Part shown: piece by piece, positions 1-7,433 of the stretch
Layout of the letters: the number at the start of each line of letters is the position of its first letter
How positions within the stretch are numbered: the stretch's first letter is position 1
Assembly (NCBI GenBank): GCA_002683315.1
Contig: NYTD01000294.1
Coordinates: 1-17,045 of the forward strand
From: Deltaproteobacteria bacterium
Lineage (GTDB): Bacteria > Myxococcota_A > UBA796
Length of the DNA: 17,045 bases
Direction: 5' to 3'
Program-made: the position numbers and the translations under genes
The notes under the pieces: model-generated
Databases searched by the model: none
What the model saw: the letters and a program-made list of their open reading frames with translations, nothing else
What the model was told of the DNA's origin: nothing

Positions 1-3000
1 GCGTTTTCCTCGCAGGTCGTATGTTCGTGTACGCCCTCTCCAAACCCCTTCAATACGACGTTGACCATCACATAGAGAAATAAATTTTTGCAAGAATTCT
101 GGATTGGTGTGTTGGATATCATCAAGATAGAGCATGACATTATTGGCCATTTCAAAGCCAAGATTGATCTTTTCTACTTCTTGACGTGCTGTCGCATTGG
201 GTGATTCACTGGGGTCTAATGAAACGACTTGATGGCCAATACTTGGACCATTTACTTTTACAAAAGCCATCCCCAAGCGTGAAGCAACGTATTCCATCAG
301 TGTTGTTTTACCATACCCTGGAGGAGAAATAAGCAAAAGCATACCCATAAGGTCGGTTCTCTTTCCTGCTCCGGATGCTCCGATCTGTTTGGCAAGATTA
401 TCCCCAATAAGCGGTAGATATACATCGTTAATCAGCTTGTTTCGAACAAATGAAGTTAAAACACGAGGACGTAATTCGTCCAAGCGTAGTCTTTTTTCTT
501 GTTCGATCAGGTACTGATGTCTTCGTTCTCGATAATTTGTAAATCCAGGGACATCGACCAAGTGAAATTGTGTCAGTCTTTCTAAGAAAGAGTCATAGCG
601 AAGGTGAAGAACTCCGTCTACGATGTTTTTATGCTGTCCTTGGAGATCTTTGATGCTTGTCTCTGTATTGACTTTATGAATCTGCCACATCTTTGGGTCT
701 GAACACCAATATACAATTAACTCTTCTAAGATATGCATGGAATCTGGATTGATAGAAGAGATTCCGGCATGAATCCAAGCACGAACCAGTTGTTCCTGTT
801 CGAATACATTATTGCTAAGATCTGCGATATTTCGTTTTAGACCTCTTAAAGCACTTCCTTTTTTGATCTTCGATCGAATCTGTTTGTCTACATTCGCGGC
901 AAGTGCCGATAAAATAAACTTAGGAACTGTGTTCGAAATCTCTACAGCGAGATAAGATCCGGCTCGCTGTAATTCAATCTGAGATAGATCTTGAAGTATA
1001 TTTTGTTGTTTCAGATATGTGGAAATAGCAATGGTGATTTCTTTTGAAAATTGAGAGTCGGTACCCGTTCCCATTGTCTTTTTCATCATAGCGAAGCTTT
1101 TTGCTCTATTTTTCCATCGGTCTTGTTCTATTTTTTCTGTTATGGATTTCCACCACCATACACCAGCAGCTCTTGAACGGGCAGAATAACGAAGGTTGCC
1201 AACATCTTTTCTCAATCGAAGCAGAGCGATTAGAATTTTGGTTGCATCTTCGTCATGAATACCTTTTACATATCCTGCACTTGGGAATAAAGATGCGTAT
1301 TCTTGCACATGTGTAGCAAGATTCTCAGCTTGTTCAAGTACACTGATGGAAAGATTATGCGTTTCGTCTTCTGCGGCAAACAGTACCGCTGCGGCCAGAT
1401 ATTCACTGCGAGAGACATGATTATTTTCAGAGATAAGAGCTTGATTCCAATACTTTTGGGTTTTCAAGAATTCTTCATCTTCTATTTGCTCATGAAAATC
1501 GGTGTTGCTGATGTGTAGTGCGACCCCATCTTTGTAGGGCGCGATGGTTAGGTCAAAGGGTTGTGTATTGATGGCAAATCGATGAGATCCCAATTTAATG
1601 AGATTGCTTCCCTCTTCAAATAATTCAGCAGTATCTCTGAGTTTGCGAAGGGCATCTTGTTCTGTCGACTGTAAAGAAGATAGTAATTCTTCTGCTTTGT
1701 TGGTGTCCAATAACGCAGAGATTTGTTGTGCCAACTTTCGAACACGTTGGATTCGACGATCTGTAGCAAAAAAGTTTTTCAGGGCTCCGATATCGGAGAA
1801 TCGTCGTTCAGACAAACCGGAAATGATTTGTTGTGCATTGGAAAAGAGTCGTGCAACACGTGATTGTCGCTGTTCAAGAAGTTGTTGTTTTTTAGAGAAA
1901 AGTGTGCTTTGAAGAAGTTCTCTTTTTTCCTCTATTTGATCGACAAAGTCGTCCACATCTCCAAATCGAGCATCGAGATCGTCCAATAGGCCAGCCAGAC
2001 GAGATGATTCTTCATCACATGCTTCAGGATTATCTGCTCTTGCTACACCACCTTCTAATTCAGAGTCGAATAATGATATATCGGCAGAGAATTGCGCATA
2101 TGCTTCTTTTTCTCTCAGTTTTTTCTGTTGGTTATCAAGTGAGAATTTTACTTGGTTACTTCTTCTTCGTACTTTTTGAATTGACTGTGTGATGGCTGTT
2201 TGGATTTCGATATCGTCGACTTGTAGACGTTCTTTTGCATCAGTAAGAACATTGAGTCCATCCATCACATTGTCTAGTTTCTCTGTAATGGGTTTAAGAC
2301 CTTTGGTTTTTTTGATATTTCCGAGCTCTTTTTCCATGTCATTGAGGTCACGAAGTAGGGGAGCAAAGGCATCTGGTCTTTGTAAGAATTTGGCACAAAG
2401 AGTACAGAGTTTGGTCATGTGTTCATCAAGAATAGCAATTTGCAGATCGAGTGCTTCTTCATCTATATATTTGATGGTCTCTAGTGATCTGGTTTGAGCC
2501 GTTTGTCTGTCCAGAATACCCATCCCTTCCATAAATTGACCGATACTTCGATAGTTTTCAGGCCTGATCTCTTCCAGCATAGAAGTGATTTCTTTTTTCG
2601 CTTCTTGAAGGGCGAGCTTGGCTTTTTTCTTCTGGGTTGCGACTTTTTCGAATTCATCAATGATCTGACCAGATGTGAGTCGCAATGCCTCAATTTCAGA
2701 CTCAAAGGAACCACTCTCATCATGAGAAAGCCAAGAGAAATCTTGAACGATGCGATCACAAGAACGAACCAAGTTTTTATATAGTGTGGATGTGGGATTG
2801 GGATTTTGTACGAGCTTGTGAAGAGTGTGCACATCGGATATGGCACGAACCAATTCTGCATTTCCGATATCGCGAAGAAATGAAGGAGCTTGATTCTTCA
2901 TATGCTCAATATAGTATTCGTCCGAGCAAAAAGGGGTGTTCCATATCTGTACCTCATGGGTTGTGGTCGGTTCGTCCTTTGCCCAGAAGAACAGAAGTGT

Positions 3001-4155
3001 ACCGTCATCCATAATCGAGTACCCGTGACATTCAATGGGATTACGAACTTCTTTGTTAACCATATTGTATTGCAACAAGAGATAGTGACCATCTCTTCTA
3101 CGAAGGTACACAAATAGGACATCCTCTCCATTGGGAGAGACGATCTTGGTTTTGAATTCAAGTTCTTCTGTGTCGAACGAAAATACGCGAAAAGAGCCTT
3201 CGGAAAGAACATATCCCTTTGGGAATATGAGTCCCTGGTTTTCGGGAAGGCGAATACAGGAAAGACCAATAGAGTCCTCTCGAACGACTTCATTGGTTAA
3301 GGTGTTGAATACAAAATAACGAGTTTCCTCAGCTCTAGGGGTAATTTGAAGAACGATGAGTTGTCCAACAAAAGCATATGCTATGTGTGCATCATCAAGA
3401 GTTTGGTAGGGGTCTTCTACGGGTTCTGAATAGATTCCTTCTCCATCTTCTGTGTTGTTCTCCACTTTAATGGTCAGGTCTCCCCCTACGGTTTCTACAA
3501 AGACTTTATTTTGGATGCTAACATGAGGATGGTTGCCTCGAATAAAGTCTTCTGGTGTTGTTTTAATCCAATCAAAGTCATGAGACAGAGGAAAGAGGTT
3601 GTCATCTCCACCAAATTCATCTTTGTATGTCAGGCCTCCTTTTCCGTCTGATAACCAACGAAATACTTTGGTGTCACGATGTGAGGCTCCAGTCTGAAAA
3701 ATAGCCAAAAATTTGGAAGAAAGAAGTCGAAATTGGATGAGTTTGGATTCTTTGTTGAATGAAAGAAGATTTTTATAGTCACGCAGAAATTGTTCATTTC
3801 GAAGAAATCTCCACGAATCTTCGTCTTGTAGTACTGAAAAAGAATCTTCTGAAAATTGGTAGAGAGCAAATGTGTCTTCAGTATCGATTTTTCGTAAGCC
3901 AAAATATACATTATATCCCAGTAGGACGGTTCCATTTAGGTAGACCATATCTACGGGAACACAATTATTATCCGTGATGATTTTATGTTTTTTACGTAAT
4001 GTAAAAACAGAGTCACCAAAGAGGGATGTTCTCTTTTCATTTAGTGTACGTGATTTTTGAAATATCTCTTGAGATGTACGTTCCAAACGAGCCTTGAGAA
4101 CTTTGTAATTATCCCCCAAGGCTTCACTGGATGTTCCTTCGTCTTTTTCTTCCAT
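1..4155 (-). CDS. Giant protein of at least 1385 aa; its 3' end lies beyond window position 1. The start ATG is at 4155-4153, 6 nt after the flotillin stop, with a GAGAAAGG Shine-Dalgarno-like sequence inside the flotillin 3' end. Domain order is an N-terminal globular region of about 480 aa, then about 750 aa of predicted coiled coil rich in E/K/Q/L, then a dynein/MoxR-type (AAA_5-like) AAA+ ATPase domain.
   Basis: I translated the minus strand from 4155 down to position 1 by hand and found an unbroken 1385-codon frame. It is absent from the ORF track only because it has no in-window stop. The Walker A motif LLLISPPGYGKTTLMEY is encoded at about 304-345. The Walker B motif VMLYLDDIQH is at about 109-135. 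It is followed by NPEFLQKFISLCDGQRRIEGV, which matches the hhhhDE-N...LLxLLD..R pattern of AAA_5/MoxR/midasin-type ATPases. The stop-to-start spacing of 6 nt indicates translational coupling with the upstream flotillin gene. Confidence 0.8.
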   Translation of the reverse strand, partial: MEEKDEGTSSEALGDNYKVLKARLERTSQEIFQKSRTLNEKRTSLFGDSVFTLRKKHKIITDNNCVPVDMVYLNGTVLLGYNVYFGLRKIDTEDTFALYQFSEDSFSVLQDEDSWRFLRNEQFLRDYKNLLSFNKESKLIQFRLLSSKFLAIFQTGASHRDTKVFRWLSDGKGGLTYKDEFGGDDNLFPLSHDFDWIKTTPEDFIRGNHPHVSIQNKVFVETVGGDLTIKVENNTEDGEGIYSEPVEDPYQTLDDAHIAYAFVGQLIVLQITPRAEETRYFVFNTLTNEVVREDSIGLSCIRLPENQGLIFPKGYVLSEGSFRVFSFDTEELEFKTKIVSPNGEDVLFVYLRRRDGHYLLLQYNMVNKEVRNPIECHGYSIMDDGTLLFFWAKDEPTTTHEVQIWNTPFCSDEYYIEHMKNQAPSFLRDIGNAELVRAISDVHTLHKLVQNPNPTSTLYKNLVRSCDRIVQDFSWLSHDESGSFESEIEALRLTSGQIIDEFEKVATQKKKAKLALQEAKKEITSMLEEIRPENYRSIGQFMEGMGILDRQTAQTRSLETIKYIDEEALDLQIAILDEHMTKLCTLCAKFLQRPDAFAPLLRDLNDMEKELGNIKKTKGLKPITEKLDNVMDGLNVLTDAKERLQVDDIEIQTAITQSIQKVRRRSNQVKFSLDNQQKKLREKEAYAQFSADISLFDSELEGGVARADNPEACDEESSRLAGLLDDLDARFGDVDDFVDQIEEKRELLQSTLFSKKQQLLEQRQSRVARLFSNAQQIISGLSERRFSDIGALKNFFATDRRIQRVRKLAQQISALLDTNKAEELLSSLQSTEQDALRKLRDTAELFEEGSNLIKLGSHRFAINTQPFDLTIAPYKDGVALHISNTDFHEQIEDEEFLKTQKYWNQALISENNHVSRSEYLAAAVLFAAEDETHNLSISVLEQAENLATHVQEYASLFPSAGYVKGIHDEDATKILIALLRLRKDVGNLRYSARSRAAGVWWWKSITEKIEQDRWKNRAKSFAMMKKTMGTGTDSQFSKEITIAISTYLKQQNILQDLSQIELQRAGSYLAVEISNTVPKFILSALAANVDKQIRSKIKKGSALRGLKRNIADLSNNVFEQEQLVRAWIHAGISSINPDSMHILEELIVYWCSDPKMWQIHKVNTETSIKDLQGQHKNIVDGVLHLRYDSFLERLTQFHLVDVPGFTNYRERRHQYLIEQEKRLRLDELRPRVLTSFVRNKLINDVYLPLIGDNLAKQIGASGAGKRTDLMGMLLLISPPGYGKTTLMEYVASRLGMAFVKVNGPSIGHQVVSLDPSESPNATARQEVEKINLGFEMANNVMLYLDDIQHTNPEFLQKFISLCDGQRRIEGVWRGRTRTYDLRGKR

Positions 4156-4161
4156 TCTTGT

Positions 4162-6342
4162 CTATTTACCTTTCTCAAGATCTGTTGCTTTTGCCAGCAG
4201 TTTTTGGAGGAGCTTCTTTTGCTCTCCAGAGGCTTCACTGGATAAACTTGCCAATAATGCGGTCAGAGAAAGATCGCGAAGGTTGCTGGCTTGCAATGTT
4301 GGAGAAGATAAAATGTTCCCTACTTCTTTGATGAGGTTTCCTTCTCCCTCTACGTAGTCGTGAGAGATTGCTTGCAGTGTCTGAGAATTATCCATGGTGG
4401 CATCTAGGGCTTGTCCGATTGATGCTGCGTGTACAAATCGATCGAAGAAGTCTCCGTCTCCACCGATAATTTTGATGTCTGTAGCTTTGAATGCTTCTGC
4501 CAATACACCAGCTTGTGATTTGGCAATGTCTCTGCGAACCGCGATTTTCGCCAGTGCAATTTCTGTTTGCTTGTCCAATTTTAGACGGAATTCTTCTCGT
4601 TCTTGAGAGATACTGTCCATAAGTTTTTGGGCATCGGCCAGTTTGGAAATACCTTCAGCCTCTGCGAATTTGATCTGACGAATCCGATTGGCTTCAATTT
4701 CGTTTGCTCTTTCGGCAATATTTACATTTCTCTCTTCCACATCTGCTTCGGCAAGTCCTTGCGAACGAAGTAATTCGGCCTGCGCGGATCCTTCATCTTG
4801 GATGTTGGCTGCCTTTGCGACGCCTTCTGCTCGGATGTTTTCTGCTTTGGCCGCACCTTGACGTTTGAGGTTCTCTGCATCAACATTGCCTTTTCTATCG
4901 ACAATGTTGAGCTCGAGATCATCGTTGGAAATTTTGATCTTGCGCAGATCTTCGCGATCGCGTTCTACTTGAACTTTTGCCATCTCTGTTGCCGCGAATT
5001 CTTTGGCTTGTGCATCTGCCAAACGTTCTTTTTCAAACGCTTGTGCCTCTGCGCGCATCTTTTGTGACTCTGTCTCAATTTCGGTTTTCTTGAGATCAAA
5101 AGACGCCATTTGCGATTCTATTTCAGCAACTTTTTTCGCGGCTTCTGCTTTTTCTTCTTCTTTAATTCGTAGCTCTTCTGCTTCGGCTTGTGCTGTGATA
5201 ATGGTAGATACCTTTGTTCTTTCTGCTTGTTCTCGCTCAATAATTGTTTTATTGGTCTCTTCTGCTTCGATTTTAATACCTTCTGCTCTTTTTAGTTTGG
5301 AAGATTCTTCTTCGGCTTTCGTTTGTTTTTGAAGATCCAATACAATGGCAAGTTCTTCACGTTTCTTTTGTAAACGAAGTTTTTCAGCCATATTTTCTTC
5401 TTCTTTGATTAGAAGGGCTTTTTCTCGGTCTTTCAGCGCAGCTTCTGCTTTTCTCATTTTGGCTTGTTCTGCAGCGAGCATTTCGGCTTCGTCATTCTTG
5501 CGCTGTAGCTCGATATCTTTTTCTTTTGTCAGCTCTTTGGTGGAGACTTCACGTTCACGTTTGATTCGCGCTTCTTCTTTTGCTTGGGTTGTGTTTTCAT
5601 CAATCTCGGATTTTTGACGCTCAGCAAGCTTAATTCTCTCCCACTTCTTGACATCTTCGTTGGCGATTTGTGCCTCTGCTTCGTTTGAGAGGCGAGCCTC
5701 TATGACCTGCTTCTCTTTTGTAATTCGAACGATCTTTTCGATACCCTGTGCATCGTTGGTATCATTTACATTGAGGAACTTGAGGTCTGTTTGCTCCAAG
5801 TAGTCAATCGCCACATCTTCAAGCACGAATCCGTTTAGATCTTCTCCGATCACTTCTTTTACTTTTTCTCGGAAGTCATCGCGTTTGTCGAACAAAGCTG
5901 CAAACTCAAATTGCTTTCCAGCTGTTTTGAGCGCTTCGGAGAACTTGGCATTGAATAGCTCATCGAGTGCTGCCAGGTCAGATGCTCGTTTACATCCGAT
6001 TGTGGAAGCAACTTCCAGAACTTTTTCCTTGATGGGATTGATGCGAACAAAGAAGTTTACATTGATGTCGGCTCGCAGATAATCTTTACAGATCAATCCA
6101 TTCTTTCCTCTACGATCAATGTCGATTCGCTTCACGGAGATATCAATGATCTCGGCTCGATGAATGATGGGGTATACAACACCTCCTGTGAAGGTTACTT
6201 CAGGTTCATCTTTCATTTTGTTAATGATGAGTGCCTGTCCTTGATCTACTTTTCGGTAAAACTTTGCAACAATGATGGCAAGTCCACCAAAAATAACGAT
6301 AATCCCGCCAATGAGGATTGCAGCAACGATCCATGTGTCCAT
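4162..6342 (-). CDS. Flotillin-like SPFH/band-7 protein of the YqiK type, 726 aa. It has an N-terminal TM helix, an SPFH domain, an unusually long E/K/A/R-rich coiled coil of about 370 aa, and a flotillin C-terminal region.
   Basis: The N-terminus MDTWIVAAILIGGIIVIFGGLAIIVAKFYRKV is a TM anchor. The segment RRGKNGLICKDYLRADINVNFFVRINP is recalled as matching the corresponding E. coli YqiK segment closely. About 370 residues of heptad-like EAxxK/R repeats follow. A GGAG lies 10 nt upstream of the ATG at 6342. Confidence 0.9.
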   Translation of the reverse strand: MDTWIVAAILIGGIIVIFGGLAIIVAKFYRKVDQGQALIINKMKDEPEVTFTGGVVYPIIHRAEIIDISVKRIDIDRRGKNGLICKDYLRADINVNFFVRINPIKEKVLEVASTIGCKRASDLAALDELFNAKFSEALKTAGKQFEFAALFDKRDDFREKVKEVIGEDLNGFVLEDVAIDYLEQTDLKFLNVNDTNDAQGIEKIVRITKEKQVIEARLSNEAEAQIANEDVKKWERIKLAERQKSEIDENTTQAKEEARIKREREVSTKELTKEKDIELQRKNDEAEMLAAEQAKMRKAEAALKDREKALLIKEEENMAEKLRLQKKREELAIVLDLQKQTKAEEESSKLKRAEGIKIEAEETNKTIIEREQAERTKVSTIITAQAEAEELRIKEEEKAEAAKKVAEIESQMASFDLKKTEIETESQKMRAEAQAFEKERLADAQAKEFAATEMAKVQVERDREDLRKIKISNDDLELNIVDRKGNVDAENLKRQGAAKAENIRAEGVAKAANIQDEGSAQAELLRSQGLAEADVEERNVNIAERANEIEANRIRQIKFAEAEGISKLADAQKLMDSISQEREEFRLKLDKQTEIALAKIAVRRDIAKSQAGVLAEAFKATDIKIIGGDGDFFDRFVHAASIGQALDATMDNSQTLQAISHDYVEGEGNLIKEVGNILSSPTLQASNLRDLSLTALLASLSSEASGEQKKLLQKLLAKATDLEKGK
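4540..5670 (-). repeat. Low-complexity coiled-coil-coding segment of the flotillin gene (E/A/K/R-rich heptads), with GAA/GCA/AAA/CGA-rich DNA.
   Basis: Flotillin residues about 225-600 are dominated by E, K, A, R, Q and L in heptad-like periodicity, for example EAEELRIKEEEKAEAAKKVAEIESQ. Antisense frames here give spurious Ser-rich ORFs at 5003..5332 and 5345..5617. Confidence 0.6.
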
Positions 6343-6407
6343 ATGTATGCTCCAGTATTGAGATGATAAACTCTACCTGTAATGAAATTTTTTGCAGATT
6401 TCATGTC

Positions 6408-6436
6408 TGTATACAATAGAGAGAGATATTTTCCAA
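6408..6436 (-). promoter_or_regulatory. Candidate sigma70-type promoter for the flotillin gene. Read on the minus strand, the -35 is TTGGAA (plus 6431-6436), the spacer is 17 nt, and the -10 is TATACA (plus 6408-6413).
   Basis: The reverse complement of 6408-6436 reads TTGGAA-N17-TATACA. This lies about 60 nt upstream of the ATG at 6342, inside a 186-bp AT-rich gap between the NfeD and flotillin genes. It rests on motif match only. Confidence 0.25.
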
Positions 6437-6473
6437 TTATGTACAAAGAAACAAGTATTCTATGCTTTCATCA

Positions 6474-6514
6474 TTGGGATCATCATGATCTATAATTTGG
6501 ATCTTTGATCCCAA
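6474..6514. promoter_or_regulatory. Perfect 9-bp inverted repeat (TTGGGATCA ... TGATCCCAA) with a 23-nt spacer, carrying four GATC sites within 33 bp, upstream of the candidate flotillin promoter.
   Basis: TTGGGATCA at 6474-6482 is the exact reverse complement of TGATCCCAA at 6506-6514. GATC occurs at 6478, 6487, 6500 and 6507. This could be an operator-like dyad or a Dam-type methylation cluster, or on mRNA a hairpin between the nfeD-like stop at 6529 and the flotillin start. Confidence 0.3.
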
Positions 6515-6528
6515 TCAATCTTGGTATG

Positions 6529-7398
6529 TCAAGTCTTTTGATTTTGTTGACGTTTTTTCCATTCAGAAAGACGATGTTGCACTTTTTGGGCAACGATACT
6601 TTGAATGGGTTCCACAATTAAAGCATTGCGTTCTTTATCAATAGAGATGACAAGGACTTCATCTCCATTGGTTAGGGCATTGTCGTGATCGCAGCGCGCC
6701 ATCATGATTAGTGGGGTTCCATTTCTACTTTTGATTTTTATCTCACCAAATCGATCGTTGACTTTGCTTGTTGATACAACCCCAATGCTACCGATAAGAT
6801 CGATGTCTCTTTCTCCTTGATTGGTTTCAAAGGCTCCATCAAAAGGACGAACCAATACAGAGGTGGCCAGAGTTCCACAAAAAAGAGCAAGTAAAAATGT
6901 TAGTGTGGCATTGATGAATGCTCCAAAAGGAAGGCTCGTCATCACCATGGCCACCATAAAGTATGAAATAGTCCAGCTTAATAATACGATTAGACTTGCA
7001 GAAACTGTAATAGGAACAGAGCGAAGTTTGAGGGCAGAGAGAAGACCAACGCTATCGGATATTCCTTCTACTTCCACTTCTGAGCCTATATCTCCAAGTG
7101 ATTCGGTAGCCCCTTCTGCTACGGCTTCTGCGCCGGCCTCTGCAGCCGCTTCTGCCACAGCTTCTGATGCTGCTTCTGCCGTGGCTTCTGCAGCCGCTTC
7201 TGCCGCGATTTCAGCAACTGTTTCTGAAGCCCCTTCGATTCCTCCATCGATAGCGCCTTCCAATCCATCTGCACCATCGAATAAATCTAGATCGGCAACA
7301 CCAATAAAGACAAAGCCCCAATAAAGAGAGAGAAAACCTAATAATATAGAGAAAATCCCAGTGGGCATGATCAAAATATTCTCTAAGAATGCTTCCAT
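6529..7398 (-). CDS. NfeD-like (YqiJ-type) membrane protein, 289 aa. It has N-terminal TM helices, an Ala/Glu-rich low-complexity linker, further TM helices, and a C-terminal NfeD OB-fold beta-barrel.
   Basis: Its position immediately upstream of an SPFH/flotillin gene on the same strand is the canonical nfeD-SPFH operon arrangement. The hydrophobic segments are MPTGIFSILLGFLSLYWGFVFIGV and LIVLLSWTISYFMVAMVMT...LTFLLALFCGTLATSVLV. The C-terminal region GERDIDLIGSIGVVSTSKVNDRFGEIKIKSRNGTPLIMMARCDHDNALTNGDEVLVISIDKERNALIVEPI resembles the NfeD short-form beta-barrel. The ATG at 7398 has GGGG about 9 nt upstream. Confidence 0.75.
   Translation of the reverse strand: MEAFLENILIMPTGIFSILLGFLSLYWGFVFIGVADLDLFDGADGLEGAIDGGIEGASETVAEIAAEAAAEATAEAASEAVAEAAAEAGAEAVAEGATESLGDIGSEVEVEGISDSVGLLSALKLRSVPITVSASLIVLLSWTISYFMVAMVMTSLPFGAFINATLTFLLALFCGTLATSVLVRPFDGAFETNQGERDIDLIGSIGVVSTSKVNDRFGEIKIKSRNGTPLIMMARCDHDNALTNGDEVLVISIDKERNALIVEPIQSIVAQKVQHRLSEWKKRQQNQKT
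7100..7240 (-). repeat. Imperfect tandem repeat with 9-nt periodicity (GCTTCTGCN / GCNGCTTCT) encoding an (A-E-A/T/S-A)n linker in the NfeD-like protein.
   Basis: The DNA at 7126-7230 reads gcttctgcgccggcctctgcagccgcttctgccacagcttctgatgctgcttctgccgtggcttctgcagccgcttctgccgcg. The protein segment is AEIAAEAAAEATAEAASEAVAEAAAEAGAEAVAEG. Confidence 0.6.
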
Positions 7399-7433
7399 TT
7401 TCTAATCCCCAAAAGGTAATGAACCTTTCTCAC

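Noticed and set aside
1101-4100. Many small ORFs of 60-130 aa on both strands in the first 4 kb, and the apparent absence of any long ORF there in the track
   Set aside because: All lie inside, or antisense to, the continuous 1385-codon minus-strand frame 1..4155. The track omits that frame only because it has no in-window stop.
4798-5617. Ser/Ala/Phe-rich plus-strand ORFs (89, 109 and 90 aa) opposite the flotillin gene
   Set aside because: They are antisense artefacts of the GAA/GCA/AAG-rich coiled-coil coding region. The low-complexity translation is typical of the reverse frame of E/K-rich sequence.
6821-7324. 167-aa plus-strand ORF rich in Ala/Ser/Pro opposite the nfeD-like gene
   Set aside because: It is an antisense reading of the (AEAA)n repeat and of GC-rich membrane-segment codons. 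It has no RBS, and it overlaps a well-supported NfeD-like CDS.
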